From Rhizophagus irregularis (Eukaryota): a stretch of 64,000 nt of DNA. The notes beneath the pieces are model-generated. The model searched no databases, had not been told where the DNA came from, and saw only the letters and a program-made list of their open reading frames with translations. Location of the stretch: the NCBI RefSeq assembly GCF_026210795.1, contig NC_089429.1, positions 1,612,001 to 1,676,000 on the forward strand. The letters are read 5' to 3'. The position numbers were made by a program, and so were the translations under genes. Positions 1 through 12,543 of this stretch are shown in pieces (position 1 is the first letter of the stretch; each line of letters begins with the position of its first letter).

Positions 1-869
1 TAACCCAACTCCCCTCTAAACATGAACTCTTGTATTATAATAACGACAAAAGGTTAAGAGTCGGATATTGATTTTCATTCGAAAAGTTAATCATTCGAAA
101 TTGATTTGCAGATCAAATTCCGATAAAAAGAATATGGAAGCCCAAACTATCTTTTTTTTTTCCATAAAATTACGTTAATTGACTAGATAACAATATAGTA
201 GCATCATGTTTATTTTTCACTTTATTCAATTGATTGTTATAGGGTTCAGTCTATTTCACCGATAATTATTTCATCGACGGTTCAACTTACCGATAGTGAA
301 TTAATTATAAGTAAATTAAAAATAAAAGGAAAAAATATACCTTTTGTATGAAAAAAATTACATTTTTATTTAATATAAAGCAAAAAAACTTCTAATTACT
401 AAATAACATTAATTATAATTCATTAAATATTGCAAAGTATTTTTAAGTATATTAATAAACATTAATTTTTTGCGAAATATTTTAAAAATCTTTACATTTT
501 AAGAAAAATATTTAATTGTCCGAAGAGTTAGCGAAAGGACTATTTACCGTACTGAAGTAACAAAATTTGTTTTTGTCACAATAGACAATTTTATTGAATA
601 TGTATTACGATTTATATAACATTACCTATATGACCCCCTGAAATACGCCAAATAAATATACTGTATGACACGTAGATCAACTTGCGACGTATTAATAAGA
701 AAAATATTGATTTTACAATGAGGACATTATTACTTGTGAATAGGAATTGCAATTTACAAGCGCTGATCATTTTCGCTTTTTTTTTTAATATTTTCAATAT
801 AAATCATGCAATTTTTTAAAATTTTATCAAAAATGGACCAGTATTTTTATTCTTAGAGATTTCGAGCAT

Positions 870-989
870 CCTTAACTACGCATTATGTGTACGATATTAA
901 CGTACGCACTGGCCGGAGTTAAGTTTAACGCTATCACGTGCAAATGCATAACTGGTAGGATGTACGTACGCACGGTGCGTACGTTAAGG
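870..989. mobile_element. Small CpG-rich inverted-repeat element (MITE-like)
   Basis: ccttaac-tacgca (870) vs tgcgtacgttaagg (976-989); internal copies of acgtacgcac; no clear TSD. Confidence 0.5.
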
Positions 990-2517
990 AACCTCAGAGA
1001 TTTCATTTGAGCCATATTTAAATAACAATGAACACGATAATAAATTAAGCTCAAAATTGTGACTTTTATTTCATTGTTTTGTTGATCAATCATCAACTCA
1101 ACTATAACCGACATTATAAATAAAATAAAGGACTTGGACTGAAAGACCGGTTTTTTGTGATCCAACCCTAATTCAGAGACATAATATATTATAAACTGAA
1201 TAAAATATATATAAGAATATTTATGTTTTTAAGGTAATATATTCATTCATTATCTTGAATTTTTTAAAAAATTAGCGTTGTGAAGCAAGATTATTTTGTG
1301 CTACATCATTTCCTAAATTTTGCAGCATTTTGAATATATTTCAAGATTATCCGATACCTTCATCATACATAACAATATCCTAACATCAATATTCCATTTG
1401 AATACCCTTCTTTTAAATAATTCAAAAAGCTTTAATATAATCTTTTTCAACACCTATTGCATTTTTATAACAAATACCAAAATATACATTGCTATCATAT
1501 TACCGTTATTTGAAATTAGTTTTATATGATCAAGATCTTTCAGATACTGTGAATATAGGATTAAAACTCATTTTATCTTTCAAGGTTATGAAACAGAAAT
1601 TAAAAATCTTAAAGATCGGATTTCTAAACTTTTAGCTGCTGATGTTGCTGTTAAGGAACAACTCGTTTCAATAATTGGAACGTGCTGAAGAAGAATATAC
1701 TATTATTAAAGCTCAATATGAACATAAATTGACTGATATACAAGAAGCTTTAATTACCTTACAACAAGAAAGAAATGCTGCTGTTAAACGTGCTTAAAAT
1801 GCTAGTCTACATATATATAAAATAATAAGGATTTCACAAAAATTCGTTGATTTTAAAAGTAGATTTATCAACATATTTTGAAGATAGGCAAATTTTAAGT
1901 CAAAGAATCGATTTTTGGCATTTATTTTACTCTAGCTGTTTTGATTAAAAAAGTTGAAATTTTTTTTACTTTGAAAATTGAATATTTATACACAATTTTA
2001 TTATTAATTACGTGAAAAAATGTTTTTTAATATAAATATAAAATTATCAATGAAAACAGTTTTATTTTAAGTGGTCGGTTACTTTTTGTAACTCACTGTA
2101 CATGATAATTATAATTATCGCATGAAAAAAACTAGACACGTTGATTCGACAGTTTGTTAAACAAACTTTTCAATTTTATTTAACGGGTCAGACGAAAGGA
2201 GAAGATTGATTACTAAATTGACTTAAGTACAATAAAAAAAATATATATTTTTATTTAAAAAGTAAGAAAATATTTTCTAATAACTAAATAAAAAACTATT
2301 TTTTTTTTTTTTTTTTTTTTTTGAATAAATTTTTTTTTAAAAAAGAAGGTTACAAATTTCTAAGTATAGAACCAAATTTGAAATCAGTACGGGTTAAATT
2401 TGAATTTACCAAGTCGACCAGGCTCATTATAAATTTGGTCAATTATATTGTATTATATTTACAAAAATCTAATTTATACAAAAATTAATCTCATTGTAGA
2501 TTTATATTACGTGATAG

Positions 2518-4387
2518 CTAAAATAAAATTAATTTAACATAACATTGTTCTAAGTATTTTTGAGAAACAGCGATGCCCACTCCTGCTATAAAGAATAAAC
2601 AAAAATACGTAAATGTTATCCACCGCTGGTTTTGCGAAGATGAATTTGTGAGAGAAACCGATTTTTGAGATATAATTGGCTGAGTTTCCTGAGTCTCCCT
2701 TTCCCGAGTTTCTGGAGCCTCAAGAGTTTCTAGGGTTTCCAGAAGTTCCGGAATTTCTTGAGCTTCCAGAGTCTTCTGAATTCCTTGAGCATCTTCAGAT
2801 ATCAATTTTATCTTGGCAGCGTAATCAAGGAACTGAAAATAAATACATAAAGGTTAGCATCAAATATATAGAACGTTTTCTTAAACATCTCAATAACCAA
2901 AGATTATTACCTCATCAAAGGGAATATGCTTTTTATTATTACCACAAATCTCATCAAATTTCTCCTTTAGCATTGTATTTGATTTCACACTTATTCCAAT
3001 TAAATCATGTCCTTTTTTGAATTCCTCAAAATCAATACGTCCATTATCATCTATATCAAGTCTTTTAAATATACAGGACAATTCATTGTAGTAATGAAGA
3101 AGATCGATGAGACGTCCAAATTCATTGAAATCAATAACGCCATCCTAAAAGATGAGACAATATGAGTACGTTAACGTTAAGCTTTTTGATAGATAAAATA
3201 ATGAAACTAATTTTCAACGAACCCGTGAAACATCAGCAGCTTTGTAGGCACGCATGATAACAGACTCATCTTTTGAGAGATGTGGATAAAGTATGACAAC
3301 AGCTTTATTGATTTCACCGTAAGATAGAGTACCGTCATTATTATAATCAAATACATCAAAAATCTATCATATATAGATAATATATATAAGTTTATTTTAG
3401 TTTATCTTAAAAGATACGAAAGACTATCACGAAAAATAATATGTTTCTAAATACCTTTTTGACCTGAATTTTGCTCAGTTTTCTGGTAGTGAATTCCGCT
3501 TTCTCGTTATAATAATGAAGAGCATCGATGAGATATTCAAATTCTTTAAAATTAATAAAATCACCCTAATAAAATTTGGAAAAGTGAATTTTAGTTTCAA
3601 TATGTATAATTAAAAGATAGAAGCACATTTACAAAGACCCTACCTGTGAAAATTTAGGAACTTTTTCATTGTAAGCCTGCATGATGGCAGACTTATCTTT
3701 TTTAAGGTGTGGATAAAGTAACAAAACGGCTTTGTTTACTTCGGCAAGGGGTAAGACACCTTCGTTACTATAGAAATCAAATGCCTATCGTCGGTAGTGG
3801 AAATGAAATCAATATTTTTAAAGGTTACATAATACTATCCTAAAAGTGGTTTTAGTTACCTTCTTGACCTGAACTTCGTCTAATTTTTTAGTAGAGATAA
3901 CTGCTTTCTCACAGTAATCATGAAGATAATCAATAAAATAATTGAAATCTTTAAAGTTGATAAACCCATCCTAGAAAATTTAGCACAGTAGAAAACTAAC
4001 GGTTAGTTCGCTTCAAATATGTAGAATTATAACGATGAAATAAGGCAAACCTTTGATTTTTTAGCGATTTTTTGAGCCTCTTTGATGATGTCAGTCTTGG
4101 CGGTGTCATAATATACGAGATGTGGATAAAGTTCAACAATAGCTCTATCAATTTCAGCGAGGGAAAGACCACCATTTCCGTTATAATCGAAGAGATCAAA
4201 AATCTATTGCAATGATTGATGATCAAGTTTCAATATCATAAAGCACCACCTGAAATATTAAAGCATTACTAGGTATAAATACCTTTTTAATTTGGGCTTT
4301 GTCTAACTCTTCGGTGGTTGTAATCGCTTTTTTTTGGGTGAGTTTGCCAGATTTTTTTGGAATTCTACTATATACTCTCTTGTCCAT
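2518..4387 (-). CDS. Multi-EF-hand calcium-binding protein (calflagin/FCaBP-like), 8 exons, about 436 aa, C-terminal hydrophobic anchor
   Basis: Hand-spliced exons 4387-4283, 4203-4051, 3970-3860, 3784-3644, 3565-3455, 3363-3223, 3144-2911, 2832-2518. All introns are GT-AG, phase 0, and the joined frame is open from ATG (MDKRVYSR) to stop. EF loops DYNGNGGLSLAE, DYNNDGTLSYGE, DVSRDGVIDFNE, DIDDNGRIDFEE; tail WITFTYFCLFFIAGVGIAVS. Confidence 0.88.
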
Positions 4388-6153
4388 TTTTTTTTTTAGC
4401 ACGTATATAATTGGGAATTTGTTTGAGGGAAAATATGGGTCTGTACTTTGGTATATTTTCCAGACAACTGTATTTATATGTAATGGACGTGTTAAGATTT
4501 CATTGAAAATAGCTTAATATACTCTAATTTCGATAAAAAAAAATTTTTTCATTTATTAATTCTGCAGTATCACATTAAACTCCATTATAGAAAAATAAAA
4601 GAGATTCAAATTATTATTGAACCGATTGAGATTGATTGTTGTTTTTAAATTTATAAAATTAAAATTTTAAAATTTTTTATTGAAATGATTGAGATTGGAA
4701 ATTGTTTAATGAAACAAATATCGAAATTTCGGGAAAAGTTAGCCCGGGTTCACGAGATAAATATAGCTAACATCAACTTAATCACTAATCCATATTTGGT
4801 TGTTAGAACGAAGCAGGGTATTTTTTAAGGAATAAATATTAGGGATCAACATCACACATCACATCTAACTTTAAATAACGAAATTCTTGTTGATAGCCGA
4901 TATCTTGGGAAAATAAAATTTTAACGATAAGCATTTAAAATGTGACAAAATAGGGTAACAAACTAGTGAATAATTTTATTAATTAAAAAATTAAAATACT
5001 CATTAACAAGATAAGTTAAACATTTTGGTAAAGAAAATTATTATGTTTTAATAAAATATATACGTTTAATATTTTAATTATTCATTTACCTTATCATTTC
5101 ACAAAGATTCTTTAGAGAAATTAATATGCAGTAACTGCAGGGTAACCTTCACATGATAACGCCTTTATGCGTCAAGCTAAAAAAAAATATAGTTCGCCTT
5201 TTGGCTTTTATTAAAAAATATAGGTGCAAATGAAAGCAATAAATAGGATTTTGTGAGCTAAAAAAAGAAATTACTCCCGATTTTAAACTCCAGTATTTTC
5301 ATTTGTGGTTTTAGGCCAAAAATTTGAGATCACGTGATGTTAAATTAAACTTAACTTTCTGCATAATCATGTGATATGCAATATTTATTTTAAACCAATA
5401 AGTTTATTTTTCGCCATTCATTCAAAGTTATCGTATAAAATATTATTTGAATAAGGCGAACTGATTGATTATGTAGTGTAACTATTACCCGTTAATTCCT
5501 ACTAAATAAAATATTTTTTTTTCTGTGCGACTCGCAACACCGTGAACTTTATTAAAAATAATCTTAAAAATCCATACCTTCTATTCCGAATTCACATATT
5601 TTGCTATTGTTAGAAAATGTAATCAAATTCTGTAAGAATTGAGAAACTAGGACTAAATTCTTTCTCTTTAGAATCATTGAATTCCTTCCTGAATTAAATT
5701 TACATCATTTAGAATTTGTCATAAAAGAAATCATTCAACGCATCTGCCAGTATGCCAGTAAAGTATCAGCATGAAGATCTTTTCTTTTATCAGTAAACGT
5801 ATTTCTTTATTGTTAGAGTAACACAAATTAGGGAAATTACCACTAACAATACCAGAAATACATAGAATTAAAACACATGATCGTGAATTTACACTATATA
5901 CTATTGTATACAATTTACAAATAATACAGACGATCTAATATCTCTATCTACTGTATGTATTCCCATTATATCGTTTCTTACCACCTTCAATACAAATTAA
6001 TTTACATAAATTTATGTAATTCAATTAATTCGTATACCTATCTACATAATTAATTCTCATACCTATATGCTTATCTAATCTTGAACGCTTCCTGCGCTTC
6101 CTGCGCGGATTTATGTGTTCCACATCGTCTAACGAAAACAACTCGTCATTTGG

Positions 6154-6262
6154 CCCAATAAAAAATTTTCTGGGGAAAATTCCGATAAATGATCATTTTT
6201 CCTAGTTTCATTCTAAAAAAACTCTGATATGTGATTAATTTTCTAAAAAATTTTTTATAGGG
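6154..6262. mobile_element. CCCTA-ended MITE (CACTA/CMC-like), 3-bp TSD TGG
   Basis: cccaataaaaaatttt ... aaaattttttataggg flanked by tgg on both sides; homologous along its length to 43612-43728. Confidence 0.8.
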
Positions 6263-8115
6263 TGGGATTCTCGACAAGCATTCCGCGTTCACTCTTATAT
6301 ATTCATTGAATTCTTCTCACATCGGTATCTCGTTACCTTGTTACGTTTTCTTTTCCTCCGCTTTCATTTCACTAGAAGATTTCGCTTCCAAGACGAGTTG
6401 ACCTGTTTCCTTTACCATGTTGTCTTTCGCAATCAATGGTACGTGGATGCAGTTTCTATAGTTTCTTCGGTGAATCTTTTTCTCTCAATTCTTTCACTAT
6501 CTCAACTACCTTTTCGGAAATGCATAACCTTTTATAAACCTGTAGGCTGAATTTTTGGTGTTTCTTCGTGTATCAGCATGAAGATCATTACACTAATTTT
6601 TGCTTATTTCTTTATATTCTAAGTATTTATTAATTACAGTGCTACGACCATATAATTTAAACGCAAAGTTTTATTTATTTGTTTATTTTTGGGGTTGTAA
6701 GAGTGTAAGACTCGTATGGAATATATCGTTATATAAAAATTATGTATTTTTATACATAATAGAAATCGTTAAATCGTTTTTTTTTCTTTATTGGGTCAAA
6801 TTATAGAACTTTACAGGAAAACTCTTTGCAAAACAGGCCATCTCCCTAGAAACTTAAGACCGGAGTATAATAGGGAATAACCTTAACCATAAACCCATTA
6901 TATATACAGACCGTCTACGTTCATTAGAGTCGAATCCTGAACTTCATGCTACGCCCAAGCATAAAACATTAAAAGAGGTAACCTTATTTCATGGTTCGCT
7001 TTACGATAATAATAATTAGGTGTTAGTTCATCAGCAGAAGCGATATGAATACCAACTACACGAATGGCCTTTAATGCTAATACACTAAGCATATGTCCAC
7101 TATTTATGGATATTAACTTTCGGGACGAGTCAATCCTTCCGCACTATACCACTTCCCTTAAAAGAACCGACCACCCTTTCTAACACCCGCTTCATCTTCT
7201 AATTGTAACCCCACTCTAATAATGGATTCGGTAATCATCGGTGTACGAAAATCTCCAAGATCCGTCACGTGGTCGACAAATTGGTGAAGAAGAATGTACC
7301 AAAAATGACTATACTAAACCAAAGCGAAACCGAGGAAAAACGAATAAAATTAAAGGAAAAAGAAAAAGGGTATAGTAGAGTACAAAACAACTATATCCAG
7401 AAAAAAATTAACCACCTTTTACCAATTTATTTGTTATATCGAATTCTTAATATTTTGGTGTACGAATGTCAATACACCTACTATATCTACTAACTGTACT
7501 CCAAAGAAAATTCTTCGTTGGATAAAAACTGCAATTTCAACATAACTACTAACATAACTAGGAAATGGTAACCATTGTAAATCAAGAACGAAGAATATTA
7601 AATAATAAAAATATTGTAGACTATATAGTTATTTATTTAGGAATTGAATGAATGAAAATCAGTAAATTGAATTTCGATCATACGAGATGTGTCGTTTTAA
7701 GAAATTTAATTTTTTTACGCGGCGAGACTAGCAGAAATGTCACGCGATCCGATTAATTGCCGAAGTATATCGTCCTTTGTTATATATATATATATATTCT
7801 GTAAAATAGATTATAAGCGAAAAAAGAATAAATATATCGTTCTTTAATCTTTAGTTTTCTTTGTAATATTTAATGTATTTTACTTTAAATACTAATGAAG
7901 AATTGCGTGTTGCAAAAAATATGCGATATCGGTACGGTACTTTGTCGATCAAATGTATTTGTAGTACATTTCAATTGGTTGACGATCAACCTTTATTACA
8001 AAATTCCAAATTAGAAACCTGTGTAACATTTTTTGCAGAAAATTATATAAAAATTAACCATTTCTGACGTAAATATTAAAAACGCCCCCCTTTCCTTCTC
8101 TCTCCTTTATATAAT

Positions 8116-9630
8116 ATGACATGTTCAAAATTATTTTCAGGATATTTACCAGAATTAACAGATGAGATCATACAATATTTTCGAAATGATTATAAAACGT
8201 TGCATTCATGTGCTTTAGTTAATAGATTTTGGTCTCGATTATCAATTCCATTATTATGGGAAGATCCATCGGATTTTCGTTTCATCGAAACTTATTTACG
8301 TAGATTAAATGAAGATGATAAAAATAAATTGAATAATTATTGGAATAAAAATAATCCATATTCGAATACATTATTTAATTATCCTAGCTTTATTAAATAT
8401 TTAAATACAAAGAAATTTATTGACTCAATTAATTCATTTATAAACGAGGAAAAATTTTCTAATCGAATCAAGAATTCTGATAATATTGAAAGAATAATTT
8501 GTGATTTAATATTTAAATTATTTATTGAAAATGAAGTAAATTTACATACTTTTGAACTTGAAGTGATTATTGATGATTCACTTGTTTCTTTTGAATTACT
8601 TTTAGAATGTTTAAAATTTACTTGTAATATGAAAAATTTAGAATCATTCTATTTTCAAATGGCAATAATGGATTATGATGAATATTATAAAATTAAGGAA
8701 TTTTTAATGGAAATAATTAAATCACAACAAAATCTCAAAAATACTTCATTTGAAAACGTTAGTTTTAATGATTTTTTATCTTTAGAAAATAATATGAATC
8801 TTCCAATTTCATTATTTACAAGTTCTAATTGTTTGAATACTTTAAACAAAATTGTATTTTTTGATACTGATTTTAGAAATGTGGAATTTAAAGCGATTGA
8901 ATCTTTAAATGTTTTAGAATCGATTCATATTCTTTATTGTATTAATTTAAATTCTAATTTCATTCAACAAATCATGAGTTTTACTAAACCATTTAAATTG
9001 AAATCATTATTCATGAAAACAAAAATTCAAATTAGATTATTAGAATCATTATTACAAAAATCTTGTGATTACTTGGAAAATATTGGATTTGAATTATCAA
9101 TGTATAAGTCGGGACAACTTGAACCAATTATAAATCAATGTACAAAGATTAGATATTTTGAATTACGTAGAATTAATAATCAAATTACTTTCCCTACTTT
9201 AAATTTAATTAAAAGTTTTGGGAATTCTCTTAATTACCTTTCTATAGAATTTCGTAGACATAGTCATGTATCAAGTGATGATATTAGACTTAGTTCAAAT
9301 ATATTTTTAAAATTAGGAGAAATTCTTCCTCCTAAATTAGAATATTTAAGTTTAAGTCTCATGATTAATGCAAGAGATTTTAATACTTTTTTATTCAAAA
9401 CTCGAAATATTATTATTAAAAAATTATTAATCGAAAATTTGATGAAAGAAGGTGATTTAATACCTTATATAAAGGAACATGTTATGAAAGAGAAAAGAGT
9501 AAAATATTTGGCTATTGATGAAAGTGTTACCGAAAATGATATAAAGGAATTTGAATCTTATAATATTAAATTTGTGAATTTTGATGATTTTTATATTCGA
9601 GCTTATGAATTTGTAAACGAAATGTATTAG
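8116..9630 (+). CDS. F-box-like / LRR (RNI-like) protein, 504 aa, intronless
   Basis: N-terminal LPELTDEIIQYF..LHSCALVNRFWSRLSIPLLW F-box-like motif, then degenerate LxxLxL repeats; paralogous to other ORFs in the window. Confidence 0.88.
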   Translation: MTCSKLFSGYLPELTDEIIQYFRNDYKTLHSCALVNRFWSRLSIPLLWEDPSDFRFIETYLRRLNEDDKNKLNNYWNKNNPYSNTLFNYPSFIKYLNTKKFIDSINSFINEEKFSNRIKNSDNIERIICDLIFKLFIENEVNLHTFELEVIIDDSLVSFELLLECLKFTCNMKNLESFYFQMAIMDYDEYYKIKEFLMEIIKSQQNLKNTSFENVSFNDFLSLENNMNLPISLFTSSNCLNTLNKIVFFDTDFRNVEFKAIESLNVLESIHILYCINLNSNFIQQIMSFTKPFKLKSLFMKTKIQIRLLESLLQKSCDYLENIGFELSMYKSGQLEPIINQCTKIRYFELRRINNQITFPTLNLIKSFGNSLNYLSIEFRRHSHVSSDDIRLSSNIFLKLGEILPPKLEYLSLSLMINARDFNTFLFKTRNIIIKKLLIENLMKEGDLIPYIKEHVMKEKRVKYLAIDESVTENDIKEFESYNIKFVNFDDFYIRAYEFVNEMY

Positions 9631-9860
9631 TTTTTATCAATAGTTTATTACAAGTTGTAAAATGTGATTTATTTTTATAATAAATAAAGAAAACATCATA
9701 TAACGAATACCATCAGCGATAGCATAAAATTCAATTGTATTATTTAACGAAATTTGTTATTTCTATCAAATGTTATTACCAGTCCTTCCAGATAATAAAT
9801 TTAAAAGACGGTTGCAAATCGTTGTTATACTACAAAACCTTATAAAAATAATGCTAGATT

Positions 9861-10167
9861 CAATCCTGATTTGCGTCAAGTGATAGCTGACGTGCGTGCG
9901 TCAGATTGATATCTGACGGCTGACGCGCGACACCAGCCGCCACCTGTATCGCACGATATGTAGTCTTCCATAGTAAAAACGATATTCTATAAGTAAACCT
10001 GTATATCACAATGAATCATACACACTAATAATGAAACTTTAGATTAGAATTACATATTTTTTAATGTGATAAACAAATTTATTTAATAATAAAAAATTTA
10101 CCAATGACAAGTGACGCGTGTCGGGAATCAATCTACGTCAGCTACTACCTGATGCAAATCGACACTG
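9861..10167. mobile_element. Degenerate TIR element
   Basis: caatcctgatttgcgtcaagtgatagctgacgt pairs imperfectly with acgtcagctactacctgatgcaaatcgacactg; subterminal tgacg repeats; no TSD. Confidence 0.6.
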
Positions 10168-10411
10168 AGGTATTTTACAATCCGCCATCTGTTTCCATGA
10201 AAATTTTGATGAATTTAGTTCAACATCTGTTTCAATTGTTTCAATGTTATTATTACACGCCATAACCTGAATATCTCCTTTTTTGTTATATGATGAAATT
10301 TTTACCGTTAATAATGGAAATCCACTACTGTAACTTTGAATAAAGAAAAAGGACAGTTAGATCCAAATGAGACTTAACATTTATTAGATAAGTAGTATAT
10401 TTTTAACAATA

Positions 10412-10528
10412 CCATAGATGTACGCCTTGTCCGGTATCGTCCTGGTATCGTCCGGGTACCGTCCAATTTTCGGGTTTCTTTTCAAATATAACTGCATACA
10501 CAATACACCATTTTGAAAACGGCGATAA
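10412..10528 (-). mobile_element. One-ended, inverted copy of the 20514-20659 MITE
   Basis: ttcaaatataactgcataca..acaccattttgaaaacggcgataa is the reverse complement of the left part of 20514-20659. Confidence 0.7.
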
Positions 10529-10648
10529 TTAACAAACATCATCACACCATTGTAATTCACGATAATCGTATGAGATAATAAAGAAAATTTTTTATTTAAT
10601 ATAAAAATTCTACAATTCTATATAATTCACTGCCTTAAAAATAATCTA

Positions 10649-12181
10649 TTAATCTATTAATTCACAAAAATTAATAAATAAGTCATCATAATTTTGAACT
10701 TTAATATTATATAATTGAAATTCTTTTACTTCATTTTGTAATGAAGATAAGTTATTTTTTCTCTTTCTTTTCTTTTTTTCCTTAGGTAAAATTTCTTCCA
10801 TAGCAAAATATGTAACCCTTTTCTCTTTCATAATATATTCTTTTATATAAGGTAAGATATCTTCATTTTTATCATACATCATATTTCGAATTAATAATTT
10901 TCTAATAAAAATGTTATGAGAATTTGTAAGAAAGATTTTAAAATCACTTGCATTAATCTTAAAAATTAAATTTAAATATTCTAATTTATAAGGAAGAATT
11001 TGTCCTAAATTTTGTAATAAAATTGAACTAAATTTAAAATCATGAGATGAAAAACCAGAAGGAAATTTAGTGATATCAAAAGAAAGATAATTAAGATTTT
11101 GACCAATATTTCTAATCAAATCAAGAGCTAAATTAAAATCTTGATGTTCAAATCCATATAAATCAATAAGTTTGATTTTTGTACAATAAATTTTAATCAA
11201 ATCAAATGATTGTTGTAATAATATATTATTGGTGGTTGTTTCAATTCTAATATTTTCTAAATAATCACCAGATTTTTGTAATAATAATAATAATGATTTA
11301 ATTTCAAATATTCCAAATAAAGTTTTTAATTTAAATGGTTTAGTCATATTAAAAATTTGTTGAATAATTCTAGAATTTAAAGTACAATAAATAATATGAA
11401 TAGAATCTAAAACATTTAATTGTTCAAAAATTTGTTTTAAATTCATAATATTTTTAAAATCAATTCCATGAAATATAATAATTTTTAATGTATTTAAACA
11501 ATTAGAACTTTTTAAAATATATAAATTATAAATATCAAATTTAAATATAATTTTTTTGAGATCTTGTTGTGATTTAATTATTTGTGTTGAAAATTCTTCA
11601 ATATATTCATCATAATCACAATTAAGTTTTAAAGTTTTGATATTTTGATTTAAATTTGGATTTTGTAAGATTAAGTTAAATGCAGGTTTAAAATATCTAA
11701 TTTGAACATCCGTTTTTGCAGTATCAATTTCCAAGGTATGTAAATCAATTTCATTTTGAACGAATATTTTAATTAATATCAAAATAATCAATTCTGTTAA
11801 ATAAAAAGATGAAAAAAATGATCTTTCTTTAATAACAGTATAAAGCCACTGTTTAATAGATTTAAAAAATTTATGTGTATTAAAACGTTTAATAAAACTA
11901 GGATAATTAAATAATGTATTCGAAGGAATTATGTTAATTCCAAATCGATTTATTTTTGCTCTATCATCTTCACTTGAATTATATAAATAAATTTCAATAA
12001 ATCTACAATTTTTGGCAGGAATAGAAAAAGGATCTTCCCACAATAATGGGATTGCTAAACGACACCACAATCTATTAACCAAAATGCATGAATATAATGT
12101 TGAAAAATCATTCTGAAAATATTGTATAATTAAACTTGTTAATTCAGGTAAATCTCCTAAAAAAATTTTTGAATATGTCAT
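10649..12181 (-). CDS. F-box-like / LRR protein, intronless
   Basis: Same family motifs (LPELTSLIIQYF..SCILVNRLWCRLAIPLLWEDPF). Start placed at ATG 12181 (MTYSKIF) by alignment with paralogues. Confidence 0.88.
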   Translation of the reverse strand: MTYSKIFLGDLPELTSLIIQYFQNDFSTLYSCILVNRLWCRLAIPLLWEDPFSIPAKNCRFIEIYLYNSSEDDRAKINRFGINIIPSNTLFNYPSFIKRFNTHKFFKSIKQWLYTVIKERSFFSSFYLTELIILILIKIFVQNEIDLHTLEIDTAKTDVQIRYFKPAFNLILQNPNLNQNIKTLKLNCDYDEYIEEFSTQIIKSQQDLKKIIFKFDIYNLYILKSSNCLNTLKIIIFHGIDFKNIMNLKQIFEQLNVLDSIHIIYCTLNSRIIQQIFNMTKPFKLKTLFGIFEIKSLLLLLQKSGDYLENIRIETTTNNILLQQSFDLIKIYCTKIKLIDLYGFEHQDFNLALDLIRNIGQNLNYLSFDITKFPSGFSSHDFKFSSILLQNLGQILPYKLEYLNLIFKINASDFKIFLTNSHNIFIRKLLIRNMMYDKNEDILPYIKEYIMKEKRVTYFAMEEILPKEKKKRKRKNNLSSLQNEVKEFQLYNIKVQNYDDLFINFCELID

Positions 12182-12543
12182 ATTGTAAACGAAGAGAGAA
12201 AAAGATTGATTAATTATCAAATTAAGTCAAATTATTTAAAGTTTTTTTTTTTTCTGTAATACGATAACTTTTCGGAGATATTTCCGATATTTTTAATTTA
12301 TGCAGATCAGCTGATCATGATTTGCATTTGCTTAACCTATAGATATTTGACAAGTTTTATTGGTTAGTTTATTTCGTGTAATCAGATGACTCATGATTAT
12401 TTTAGTCATGTGATCATGTGCGCGTAGTAATTATTAATCATCTTAACCGGTTCCAAACTCTACCATTTATTATCGGGAAATAATGACATTCGCAATAAAT
12501 GGTGTGAACGTGCCGAATATGAGCCATCATGATCTTATTATAT

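Noticed and set aside
242..548. Possible TIR element with tcaccgata-like repeats
   Set aside because: Termini match too weakly and there is no TSD.
2676..3020. 114-aa plus-strand ORF with PEF repeats
   Set aside because: Antisense shadow of the 9-nt repeats in the last exons of the EF-hand gene.
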